Positions 40,255 to 52,060 of a DNA stretch of 64,000 nt are shown here, piece by piece. The notes under the pieces were generated by a model that saw only the letters and a program-made list of their open reading frames with translations, made no database searches and was not told the origin of the DNA. This DNA is from Protoeuglena noctilucae (Eukaryota), in contig OY253683.1 of the NCBI GenBank assembly GCA_958009085.1, positions 186,001 through 250,000 on the forward strand, given 5' to 3'. The position numbers and the translations under genes were made by a program. Positions within the stretch are counted from its first letter, which is position 1. The number at the start of each line of letters is the position of its first letter.

Positions 40255-41448
40255 ATGGAAGGCGTCATCGCACCATCTCTGCGTTGCGCGGGGCGCTTGC
40301 GTGGCCCCAGACGCCGCGAATCGAGCACTGCAGCGCACGCGGCGCACGCCACGGCGATGCACCCGCTCCCTTCCGTGAAAGAGCTCATCGACAACGTCCC
40401 CTTCACCGGGGTCCTGCTTGACCAGTTCGGAGTGCTCCATGACGGCAGGAAGCCGTACCCGGGCGCGCTGGAGGCTGTGCGGAGCCTGCACGCGGCCGGC
40501 AAGCGCATCGCGATCGTGTCCAACTCGTCGCGCCGTGCGCAAGGCGCTCTGGGGAAGATTGCGAAGATGGGGTTTCGCGAGGAGTGGTTCGCGGGCGTGG
40601 TGACGAGCGGGGAGCTCACGCACCGGGCCCTCGCGGAGCGGCGGTCGTCCGGCGTGCCCTTGTGGCAAGCACTGGGCGACCGCTGCATCTGGTGCACGTG
40701 GAGCGGGCGCGGGGGAGTGTCGCTGGACGGGACTGGGGTCACCGCGACTCTCGACCCGCGGCGGGCGGACTTTGTGCTAGCGCAGGGGACAGAGGCGCTG
40801 GGGAGCACTGAGGAGGGTCCCGAGACGCGGGAGGCGTCGATGGAGGAGCTGCTGAGCGTCTTGCGGACGTGCGCGGCGGCCAAGCTGCCCATGGTGGTCG
40901 CCAACCCGGACATTGGTGAGCCCAAGACGCAGCGGCAGCGGCAGCGCGGCCAATGAAACAGTCCCAGCATGCCCCAGCTCGCTCGCCCTCTGCAGTGACG
41001 GTGGACGCGAGCATGCTCGTGCCCATGCCGGGGATGCTCGCCAGGGAGTACAAGAGGATGGGCGGTGGGCCTGTGGTCTTGATGGGCAAGCCGGCCCCCG
41101 TCATTTACGAGCACGCCCTTGGCCAGATTCTGGACCTGCAGCCGTCAGAGGCGAGGCAGGGCGCACCAGTTTGCAGGGACCCTGCCGTCGAGTGGTGCAT
41201 GACGCCCTTGCGACGCCCGGCACCCGCCACCACCGCCGCAGTGCATCGCCATCGGCGACAGCCTAGAGCACGACATTGCCGGGGCCCAGGCAGCCGGGGT
41301 GGACTCGCTGTTCATCGCGGGAGGCATCCACGGTCGCGACGTGGCCCTGGAGGGACCGGAGTGGGAGCTGGACGCATCTGCGCTCGAGCGCCTCATCGAG
41401 CAGGAAGGACATGCGCCCCCGACCTACGTCATGCCGTTCTTCCGCTGA
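40255..41448 (+). CDS. HAD-superfamily subfamily IIA hydrolase (NagD-like phosphatase), likely organelle-targeted
   Basis: Motif I LLDQFGVLHDG, motif II VSNSSR, ANPD, motif III MGKPAPVIY and motif IV AIGDSLEHDIAGA are present, with 2 introns. Stop TGA at 41446-41448. Confidence 0.92.
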
Positions 41449-41756
41449 TGTGAGCTACCTCTGGTTTTTTGTGACATTCTCTACCACTCGTGCTTGCCAC
41501 CGCCTGTACTCGGTGACTTTCGCACACTACCCTAACCCTACCCGGACGGTTTTTTCACCGCCGGGCCTCTCATGCGTCTTAAAAAGCGCCGCTGCGGGAG
41601 TTAATTGTAATTGAGCAGCTGCAGACAGTGTCGACGTGGTCGCGTCTTGGTCTCAGAGGCTCCGCGGCCCCCGCGTCCCGTCCCCGGGAGTGCACCGCTC
41701 GCACGAGCTCTCCCGGCCTCGTCCGACTCTTCCGTCGGCATTTCCACGGTCTCAAG

Positions 41757-43782
41757 ATGGGCTGCACCGTGAGCAAGAACCTGGGTGGTCTCGTCCGGGA
41801 TGCTGCGATGCGCGGGGATGTGGTGGAGCTCCAGGAGCTCCTCCGGCGACATCGTGCCGAAGCCAGCAGTCCGGAGGACATCCGGGACGTGCTCTCGAGC
41901 ACGGACAACAAGGCAAGTGCGCATGCTCGCTGCCGGCACGGTGCCACATGGCACCACGAGGGCCACGGTGCCGATGGGACTCCCACCGACGCCCGCAGGG
42001 CCGGACGGCGCTCATCATCGCTGCCAAGAAGTCGCACCTCGCCGTCGCGGAGTTCCTCCTGGAGCACGGCGCTGAGCCAAATTCCCTCAGCACGCTCGGC
42101 ACGGCGCTGCACGTCGCGGCCGAGTACAACAACGTGGCCATGCTGAACGTCCTCGCGTCGCGCGGGGCGCGGCTGGGCATCGAGGATACGCGGGGCAAGA
42201 CCCCGCTGGACATCGCGCTGAGCAAAAACTTCGTACAGTTCGTCAAGGAGTGCTTCCAGTACTGCCCCTTCGCCAACTACTTAAAGGTGGAGCGCCCCCG
42301 CGGTCTCCTGCCTCCCCGCCTCGTCGTGCACTTCGTGGTGGCTCTGGCGCGCGAGAGCGCCGGGAGCTCTCACCGCACGCTGGAGCTGCTGGTGCTGGCT
42401 GGCCCCGGGTCCGCGCGTCTCCTGGGGCGTGCGTCTCTCGCGGGCGCCTCCAGCGCCGTCGTGTACGTGGCCCCCGCGCGGCGCCGGCACGCCCTCCACG
42501 CGCCCCTGCCCGCGCTCCAGGTCAACCTGGCCAGCGAGGTGACGCCCGACGCAAGCCATGGCCACACCGACTTTCCCCGCCTTGCCGACACGCATCGGCT
42601 GCCTCGCCTGCGCTCCCTTCCCGTGTGATCCTGTTCCACCCGAGTTCGTGTGCCGCATCGCAGAGGAACGCGGAGGGCCTCAAGGTCCGCTGCGGCCGCA
42701 ACAACCGCCCGCACGTCCTCCTGCGCGAGCCGTACGACGACGTGGCGGGGCAGTCGCTGTGGGCGCTGCACGCGGTGCTCCAGTCGGACGCCAGGGGGAC
42801 CCCGGCTGCCGCCCCGTGGCAGCGGCAGGAGGAGACCGTGGGGGTCGTCATCGGGACACCGGTGCGTGTTGGCGGGCTGCGACATGGGATGTGAGTCATG
42901 GTTTGTGCTTTGGAATGCATGCCCTCGCGACGCTGTCGGCCGCCTGCCTCCCACAGGTGCCGCCTCCACGCATGCTCGCGCAATTCGAGCAGGACGCGCC
43001 CCGGGAGTTCGTCGAGAGAGCGATGGCGGGCGAGGGTGCGCTTCGCTGCGGCCGGCAAGGCTTGCCTGTGAGCAGTCTGCCCACCCACCCATTGCATGCC
43101 CTGCCCTGGTGCACCCGCAGAGAGCAGCGCCCCGGCGCAGGAGCCCGCCACCCCGCAAGCCTCCGCGCCTCCGCCCTTGTTCCCGTCAGCGCTTCCCAGC
43201 CCCTTCTCTCCTCCCGCGATCGCCTGCGCCCCCGCAGGGCCAAGCGCACCCTCGAATTGCTGCGGTGAGTGTGTCGTGGCAGCTGCAGAGGTGGTCACTG
43301 CGGGTTCGTCGACCTTCCACGACCCCCACGCTACGCATGCTGCTGTCCGCAGCAGTTTGCACTCCCGGGAGCCCCTCGCCCTCCGCGCCCGCGACGCCCG
43401 CGCCCCTGGAGGGCGCAGGGAGCACGACGACAGCTGCGGCTACAGTGTCGCCCCTTTCCTCGTCAGCAGGAGTGCCTCTCGAGGTGCGTTTCCAGCCCCC
43501 GCATGTCCCAGTCGCCTGCAGACGCCCGTTATGGATGTGGGGCCGCATCTGATTGCCCCACCCATGCTCGCTTGTTTGCAGGAGAGTCCTGGGAGGGAGG
43601 ATTCGCTGTGCATTGTTTGCCAGGAGCAGGCGGCGGACGCGGGGCTGTTGCACAACGGCACGCTGCACCGCGTGTGCTGCATGAGCTGCGCGGCGCAGAT
43701 CCAGCGGGCGGGCCGGCGCGACAGCGCGTGCCCCGTCTGCCGGCAGAGGATTGAGCAGGTCGTGCGGGTTTACGAGGCCTGA
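41757..43782 (+). CDS. Ankyrin-repeat plus RING E3 ubiquitin ligase (XBAT-like architecture) with an N-myristoylation/palmitoylation-type start
   Basis: It starts MGCTVSK. Ankyrin repeats read GRTALIIAAKKSH, GTALHVAAEYNN and GKTPLDIA. The C-terminal RING is CIVC...H..H..CC..C...CPVC followed by IEQVVRVY. Confidence 0.85.
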
Positions 43783-44111
43783 GCATCAGGACGACGTTCA
43801 CGTAGATGACCGGACGATGAGAGCGCTTAGCGCTGAGAGATGACGGCAGAGGGAGAGCAAGAGAGCGTTGCTGGGTGATTCGTGTGATTCATCTGGGTGT
43901 CTTGAGATGTGTCTTGCTTGTCGGCCGTAGAGCATCTATAGCGCGGTACAGAGAGGCGTCGCGGCCCTCTTCCAGCAGCACAGTTGCGCCGTGATAGGAT
44001 CACAATGTGTGATCGGATAGGGTCTATATACTACGCTATGGTAGATGGCGCATGCACGCGGCATATGGCCATCTGTGACGGAGCGCGTGCTGCAATGCTG
44101 TGAACACTGAT

Positions 44112-45565
44112 CTATCCTTGCGACTGGGCCCACGCACGCTTGGTGGCCGCCACGTCCACGGCCCATCGACGCCACCCCTCCGGCGCCACTTCTGGCGCCA
44201 CATCGCCACCCTCTGGCGCAGGGGCCTTCAGGCAGCAGCCGTGGCCACGCAAGCGGTCCAAGACCGCACCCGGCTCGCCGTCGTCGAGGCCCAGCACGTC
44301 CGCCAGAAAGGCCACGGGAAGCGACCCCGCGTGCGCCGACACGATCGCACGCACGCCCGGCCGCTCCAGGCGCGCCCGCAGGCGGTCCATGAGGTACGGA
44401 GACATTCGCCTGGCCGACTGGTAGAGCGCCACCAAGCCGGGGGCGTCCCACAACGCCACCCGGGCCACCACCTGCGGTCGAGCATTGTGACAGGGTCCGG
44501 TCAGAGTGGGCGGCCATGTCTGGGGAGAGCCTAAGCGAACTCCGTCACCGGTAGCAAACGGGGTTCTCACTATGGGCACTCACCTGGAGCGCCTGGGACA
44601 CCATGGGATGCCTGAACAGCCGGCCTGGGATCGTCCTCATCATAGCCAGGGCATCCCGCGGGCCCCTCGCAAGCGCGTCAAGGACGGCATAGGCCATGAA
44701 CTCGCCCTCGTTTGACCTTGGGTGCTGTGGGGCAGAGAGAGGATGCACCCATGGCGTGCCAAGCCGGGGGCATGGCAACGGACCTCCCGTTTTTACTAGT
44801 GGTAACGAACGGCCTGTTGGTATGCCTTGTACATTCAAGCGCACCCATCATCTGCCTCTCCGTCGACAGCAGGTCGGTCTTCCTCACCTGCTGCGCCTCG
44901 GCCCGAGTGGACCCTACCGTCAGCCCCCGCGCCCGTTTCCGGCGGCCCTTGCGGCCCAGCTTCCTCCCCGCGCTCGGTGACCCCGGGCCTGCTTCCGACG
45001 CCTCCGACTCGCTGCCAGACAGATGCATGGCTGCCAGCCCAGCTCCTGTGTCCGTGACGCCATCTGCGTCGTGCCTCCCCCGCGCCTGGACCGCGTACAG
45101 CCCCCGCAGGGTGCCCAGCGTGCGGGACACCTCGCCATCGTCGCCCGTCTCTATCGCGATGCGGCAGTGGCACTCCAGCACCTGCACGCAGGGCTCTCCG
45201 CTCGCATCGATGAAGCCAAGCCGTGTGCCTGAGCGTCTCTTAGGCGGAGCCCTGCTGTTCCATGGTAGCCCCACCTCGATAGCAAGCGATCCCTGTTCCC
45301 CATGGACTTGCAATTCCAGGCGAATCTGCTGCAGGCGGCTCTTGGTCCACGCGTACCCCGCCCCCTGCTTGCACCGGGACTTACAGAACGCGAAAGCTGC
45401 AGCCAGCTCCTCCAAGCTACGCAGAGTCGACCGATCGAAGTCTCTGTCAAGCTCTCGATCCAGCACTTCCCCTCTCGTGCCGGACTTCTGCGAGAAGCGG
45501 CTTAGGCGCTCCGCGAGCTCCTCCGCCGTCGCCTCCGTTGCTCTTTCACGGCGCACCCGCCCCAT
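44112..45565 (-). CDS. SAC3/GANP/THP3 (LENG8-like) PCI-domain protein
   Basis: Segments YAWTKSRLQQIRLELQV, VLECHCRIAIETGDDGE, EFMAYAVL, HPMVSQALQ, YLMDRL and LPVAFLADVLG match the family. Additional 5' exons are possible. Confidence 0.8.
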
Positions 45566-46121
45566 GATGGCGCCGAAACCAGAACTTTTCTTTTTGCCAG
45601 TGCTTCTGCTAGCAGGAGGGGAAGAGCGCGGGAGGAGAAGCGGAGGGTCACCCGTCTGACAAACCCGACTGGCGAACGCAATGGCATCGCTTCGTAGCAG
45701 CCATCGCGACAGCGCTTTACAGTCCAGTCAGCAGGTCGCTGCAGTGTCTGCCATCGTCCCTGCCATCGTCTCTCTCCGTCCACCGAGCACAGATAGCACG
45801 TACACGAACATTGTCGGCCCGGACGCAGCTGCAGGGGCAGTGGCGGGGCCGATGGTTTGAACCGCGCGCATAGTCCCCCTGGACATGCACTACGGTCGCG
45901 GAGAGGGACCAGGGCCATGTCGGTTGCGTCGGGCGGCCCGTCGCCGTCCTCCTGGACGACCCAGTCGTCGCGTCCGACCCCGTCTGTGCCACAAGTCGCC
46001 GCGATGAAGCCATCAGGGAGCGGGGCATCGTCGGGACCGCAGAGACTGGTAGTGAGGGGCAGGCAGCGAGGGCGAGGCTGGGTGCGCTCGTCCTCTCCCT
46101 GCTCGCAAGGCCTCGCGGCAG

Positions 46122-48682
46122 ATGGCGATGCGCGACGTGCTCGTACCGTCTGTGCTGCGCGGGAACGGCGTGCTTGGCCCCGGGCGGCCTGAGGTAGCGA
46201 CTTGGACGACACTCGAGGCAGCCCTGCGCCTCTGCAGTTGCTTCTCGAGGCATCTGCTCTGATGCGCACGGCCTGGGACCGCATCAAGCCCATTCTGGAG
46301 CTCCTCGCGCGAAGCATGGAGTCGGACGGCCCTGTCCGACTGGCCGTGGTGCTCTGCCGCCCAGGCCCCGTGCCCGGCAGCCGCGGGAAGGTCGAGGTGG
46401 AGGCGGACTGGCATGCCATGTCCGTCACCGGCAGCGACTGGCTCGCGGCCGTGCCCTCGCGCATGGTGGTGGAGGACGGGTCGAGCGGGGGCGGCGGAAC
46501 AGCGGGGTTTCCTCTGGCACGCGGCCTCTTCGTGGCGCTCGAGAGCATCGTTGCCGACCGGGGTACCTCGCCTTCCACCTCCGCCGAGCCCGGTTGCCGG
46601 GATCACGTCATCGTCGCCTTCGCTGGGAGGTGCGTGTGGCACGGGGATTTGTCCCCGCCGCTGCCACCGCCCCAGGGCCACTGTGTTTCCTTTGCCTCTT
46701 ACCTTTCACATGTATCGTACCTCTCTTCCTGTCTGCAGGAGCAGCGACTCCCGTGACATGCTTCACACGCACTCGGGCCCGACCATGGCGTCGGCGCACC
46801 ACGTGGCGGGCGCCCTCGGTCAGTCCAGGGTATCCCTGTCCTTCGTATGGGCTCCCAGCTACCGGCACTTCGACAGCGGCGCGCTCGAGGTGAGTGCGGG
46901 CGGGTGCCCACCGCCCCAGCACGTCGCGGGAGGCGCTGGTCGAGCGGTGAGGGTCGTCTGCACCAATTGTGACCGTCGCGCTCTGTGCACGCGTGCAGGC
47001 GTTCCGGGCCGGCTTCCAAGAGCTCGCGGGTCACCTCAAGGAGAGTTTCGGGGAGGAGTGGCTGCTGCGTCGCACCCATGAGGTCAAGGATGTCCTTTCG
47101 TGGCATGGCCCCACCTTGCGCAAGTACGGCCACTTCCTGGTGCTGTCGACGGGGCGGTCCGGGCAGGGGAAGGCGGCCGTGCTGCCTAGCGGAGCGTGCG
47201 AGAGGTGCGCGAGTGGACGCCACGTCTGGTACCGTGCCACGCGTGTCCCCTGCCCCACATGACGTAGACGCAGGACGCGGACCTAGTCGCTCCCTCGCCC
47301 CACGCAGGCCATTCCAGCTGGTGTACAAGCAGTACGTGAATCTCATCGCCATTCCTCTCCAGGAAGCCTTGGAGAAGCAGGTGCAGACGTGGCTACTGAG
47401 ACACGACGTGGCTGACTGGTCTCTAATCACTGGTCTCCGAGCTCTGGTCTTGAATTCAAACTGGGTGCGCGTGCGCTTTCCTTGCTGTGCTGCGTTCAAG
47501 CCAGTGCTGCTTCTGCTGCAAGCACAGAAAGAGGCAGAGAGGCAGCGGCTGCGTGCGGAGGAGCAGCGGCGATTGGAGGCGGAGGCGGCCAGCCGACGCC
47601 TGGCTGCACAGCCGAGCGTGGTGCAGTACGGAGTGACGTACGCGCAAGACGCGATGCAGCACCAGCAGCAGGTGAGCAGGGTGGGTCGCTGAATGCGCGG
47701 ATGTCATGCCGGGACCGTAGGGGCGCCACGCACTGCTGAGGCGCACACCGCGTCTTCCGTCGCTTCCCCCGCAGCATCTCCAAGCCGTTTCGGGGGCGCA
47801 GGCGACATTAGTGGCGCAGGCGCAGGCAGCAGCACGGCCGGTGCGCACCGCACGCGCCCTTGCCTGGCCTTACCATCTTGTGCACGCTGTGTGCCTCAGA
47901 TGTTGCGCCCTTCGCCGACGCAGGCGCCCGCGGCTCAGTCTTCACCGTCAGCCTGGCTCAATTGCCAGATCGTGATTCACGGGTTGTTCCACAGCCCCCT
48001 GCCGACCCAGATCGTGGGCACGTTGACGCACGCCCCACCACAACCACGTGAGCCCATGCGCTCGTGCTTGCTGTGACACATCCCTTGCGTCCGTGGTCTC
48101 CTCGTCATGTGATGATTCCGTAAACGAAGTTCTACTGTCGCAGGTCTCGCCAACGTGGCTGGCGTCTGCAATGCATTCAGCGTGCTCCTTTCCGCCGTCT
48201 ACAACGACCTGGCTGTCCACGGAGTCTACGAGTATCGGCTCGGGATCCAGCTCGGCATCCCCGGCATGGTGACGGCACTGGCTGGCTGGCCTGTCAAAGA
48301 CGTGATGCGACCCCTGCCGACTGACCGTAATGGACAGAGAGACCCCCCCTTTCCAGACGCCCGCTGTGGAAACGGCGCTCAAGGCAGCAGCGTACCAAGG
48401 CGGCGCAATCATGCCCTCACACCGCGCGTTCATCTCCGTGCTCGGCCACAACCACGTCCTCCTCTTCGTGAGTCCTGCGGTGCGACGTCGGCCTGCTGCA
48501 CTGCCTCGGCGTCACAGGGATGACACAGCGCCCCTGTTCTGTATGCGCAGCTCATCCAAGACTTCCGGAGCGGCTTCTCGGCCGGTTTCGCCAAGATATA
48601 CATCCCGGAAGCGGTCCCCCTCAGCGTGCGGCAGCTCATCTCGGCGATGTCGCAGCAGACCGCAGCCACGCTGCGGGCTTGA
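46122..48682 (+). CDS. MED25: Mediator subunit 25-like protein (N-terminal VWA domain)
   Basis: The spliced start reads MAMRDVL|LLLEASALM, followed by VRLAVVL, GGGGTAGFPLARGLFVALE, VAGALGQSRVSLSFV and HFLVL, resembling the MED25/PFT1 VWA domain. A Gln-rich middle follows, and the last exon ends at TGA 48680-48682. Confidence 0.6.
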
Positions 48683-48912
48683 CAGGCTTGACAGTTGACC
48701 AACTAGTCTGGCGCGCTCGTTCCGCGCGTTCCTTCTTCTTCCCCTTACCCCCGTCTGGCGCTCGCCAGAGCTCTGCAGCGCCTGTTGCGGGCCAATTCGA
48801 GTTAATCTGCCGCCAGTCTGACAGCAACTTTCAAAGAAGTCGTGCTTTGTACATCGCTCGCAAAGCGGCTACGAGGTGCAGATTTGCTGGCGATAGGTGC
48901 GGCTGTGAGAAC

Positions 48913-51900
48913 ATGCAGGTAAGGCCATGCCGAGCCACTCCGCCGCTCGCGGATGCTATGAATCCGTTTTGGTGTACCGCGCTGCAAGTCCTGCGTCCAA
49001 GGGTGCACAGGAGCCGGCGCACGTGCCAGCTCGCACAGGGACCAGAGTCTGGTCCCTCCATGGCGTGACTCGCACTATGGCCTGTGGGCTTGATTTCGCT
49101 CGGCAATACATGAAGCAACTGAGCTATTTGAGGTAGTTGGCCGCTGTGGGGTCGAACGCGGCTCCTCGCGTTTCATTCCCAGTGCGCCCGCACCGGGCCC
49201 GGGCTCCGGGCCGCTGGCCCATCGCAGGGGCGCCGGAGGCTGACAGCACGTATTCCCCTGCGCGCCGTGGATGCCGCGAAGGACGTGGTTTCGAAATCGG
49301 GCCTCGCGGTGCTCGGCGAGGAGGGTCAGCGCAACGCCTTGTCAACGAAGGTTAGTTGCGCCCGGGAGCGCAGTTGGCGCGATGAAGGCAGAGTCCGGGA
49401 GCGCGGGGGGGTGTGGTTAGTGTCCTCTCGCATACGGGTGGCGACGATTGCGTGGTGCGTGCTCCGATGGAGCCGAACGGTGCAAGTGCATGCAAATGCA
49501 TTTGCCTGCCAGGCAAGACCCACGCTGCAATCGTCCCACGCAGATCAACCCTTTCGAGAAGAAGAAAAACGAGAAGGCCGGTCATCTGATGTGGGAGGAG
49601 GTGACGGACCTGGCCAAGCTCGTGCGTGAGGGCAAGACGAGCTGGGAAGACTTGGACCTGGACGACGTGGACATGCGACTGAAGTGGTGCGGGATGTTCC
49701 ACCGGCGCAAGCGAACCCCGGGCAAGTTCATGATGCGACTCCGGATCCCCAACGGCATCGTGACGTCGTCTCAGGTGCGTGGCTGTCCGCTGCGTGGCGG
49801 CGCCCACCTCGTAGCCCTGCCTGCTGTGCTCCCGCTGTGCACCTCACGTCGCCCTGTGTGCCTTGGCTCTGCAGATGCGCTTCCTTGCCGGGATGGTGGA
49901 GCGCGTGGACGGCTGCGCGGACGTGACGACCCGCGCCAACCTCCAGCTCCGCGGCATGGGCATCGAGGAGTGCGAGGAGGTCTTCATGGGGCTCTACGAC
50001 ATCGGCCTCACCTCGGTTCAGTCCGGCATGGACAACGTGCGCAACATGACGGGCAACCCCATCGCGGGCATCGACCCGCATGAGCTGGCGAGTGGCGCGG
50101 GCGGCGCGTCTCCCTCCAATGGCAGCCAGTCACGGGCCGGCCACGCGCAGCACGATCGTCCCAGGTCCGGCGCCGCCTCGCTCGCAGATCGACACGATCC
50201 CCCTGTGCCGCGCCATGGACGACATGATCACCAACAACCGCAAGGGCAACCCTGAGCTGGCCAACCTGCCCCGCAAGTTCAACATCGCCATCAACGCGAC
50301 GCGAGATGACTTCGTGCACACCCACATCAACGACCTGGCCTTCGACGCCGTCCGCGACCCCAAGGACGGACGCGTCCGCTTCAACGTCGTCGTCGGCGGG
50401 TACCTCTCCATCAAGCGCTGCGCAGAGGTACGCTCTCTTGCGTGGCCCGTGCCCCACTCGCACCGCCCGGCCGCGGTCGCACCCAGACCCACCCAGGTTG
50501 CCGCGGTGGTGAGGCCACCACCTTGGCCTTGACAACCCTCTGTGGCTGCGCCACCGGTGCCGGTCACCGCGCGCCCGCAGAGCTTCCCTCTGGACGTCAG
50601 CCTGGAGGTGGACCAAATCGTGCCCTTCGCCAAGGCGCTGCTCGAGGTGTTCCGCGAGTACGGCCTGCGTCAGGACCGCCAGAAGGCGCGTTTCATCTGG
50701 CTGGTCGAGGACTGGGGCGTCGAGCGCATCCGGGAGATGATCGCCAAGCAGATGGGCGTCAGCGGCTTCGAGCGCGCCGTCCCCGCGGCCCACGACACGC
50801 CCTGGCGCCGCCGGGACCTGATCGGCATCCACGACCAGAAGCAGCCGGGGCTGTGCTGGGTCGGGGCGAGCGTGCCCGCGGGCCGCATCACCGCGGAGGA
50901 CATGTTCGCGTACGCCGACCTCGCGGACAGGTACGCTATGCTGGGACGACCCAGGCTGGCCCACTGGGGGATTCGCGGACCGCGCGCTTTCTTTCGTTGC
51001 TGCGGCACATGCTGCGCACCCTGCCTGCTGCCGCGTCTTATGGGCGTGCCTGGCCCGACCAGTCACGCGCCCTGAGCGCAGGTACGGCTCTGGGGAGCTC
51101 CGGCTGACGGTGGACGAGAACATTTTGATCCCGAATGTGCCCAAGGACAAGGTGGAGGCGATCAAGGCCGAGCCCATTTTTCAGAAGCACACGCTCTCCC
51201 CCGGGCCCCTCATGTCGGGCCTGGTGTCGTGCACGGGCGCTGAGTTCTGCGGTTTCGGGCTCACTGAGACCAAGATGCCCGCGATCGAGACTGCGAGGAA
51301 GCTCGAGGAGGACCTCGACATCCCCCAGCCGGTGAGGGCGCGTTGTTGATGAAACGAGGCGTCACCCTCGCGTTGCCGCGTGACGCTAGCCTCGTCGCCC
51401 CTCGTTGATTCCCGCTCAAGCCCGTCTTTTTGTTCTTCCCTTTCGCTCTGTCATGAGATCAAACAAAGAGACGTGTCTCAGGGGCGCTCTCATATGGGTC
51501 TCAACGCCGTGCCTTTTCCCACAGGTGCGCATCCACTGGACGGGCTGCCCCAACTCGTGCGGGCAGGCGCAGGTGGGCGACATCGGGCTGATCGGATCGC
51601 CGGCCAAGAAGGACGGCAAGGCCGTGCAGGGGGTCTCCATCATTGGTGGCGGCACGATCGGGGAGGGCGCCAAGCTGGCATCGACAGGTGACGCGGTGCA
51701 ACGGTTTGGGCCATCCCGCGCGCTTGTGCGAGTCGTCGGGTGGTTGTTGCTGATTCGTGCTCGTGGCTACTGCGTTCTTGTCACGGATGGCCCCTGTACC
51801 GCCCTCGCCACCTGCGCCACTCCCACCACCCTCACTGCCCTCACCCACCACCCTTGCAGAGTTCGAGAAGGCGGTTCCGACCGAGGACGTCTACGATCGC

Positions 51901-51936
51901 CTCCGGGAGATTCTGATCAACGAATACGGCGCCAAG
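48913..51936 (+). CDS. NII1: Ferredoxin-nitrite reductase (siroheme/4Fe-4S), chloroplast; probably the N-terminal part of a NiR-FNT fusion
   Basis: Exons are 48913-48918, 49183-49350, 49544-49774, 49875-50087, 50188-50427, 50581-50930, 51082-51331, 51525-51687 and 51860-51936. Motifs include RLKWCGMFHRRK, FMMRLRIPNG, DVTTRANLQLRG, GMDNVRN, NLPRKFNIAI, SCTGAEFCG and WTGCPNSCGQ. There is no stop codon after the last exon before the FNT coding region begins. Confidence 0.96.
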
Positions 51937-52060
51937 GTGACCGAACGCAGCGCGGAAGCACGTGGTTCAATCAATTGTGAACATATGCTGCTCAGGCGAC
52001 GGAGGGGGCCCGAGCTGCCACGCGCCGATCCCAACCGTCGCCTGCCCTCCTTCCCCGCAG

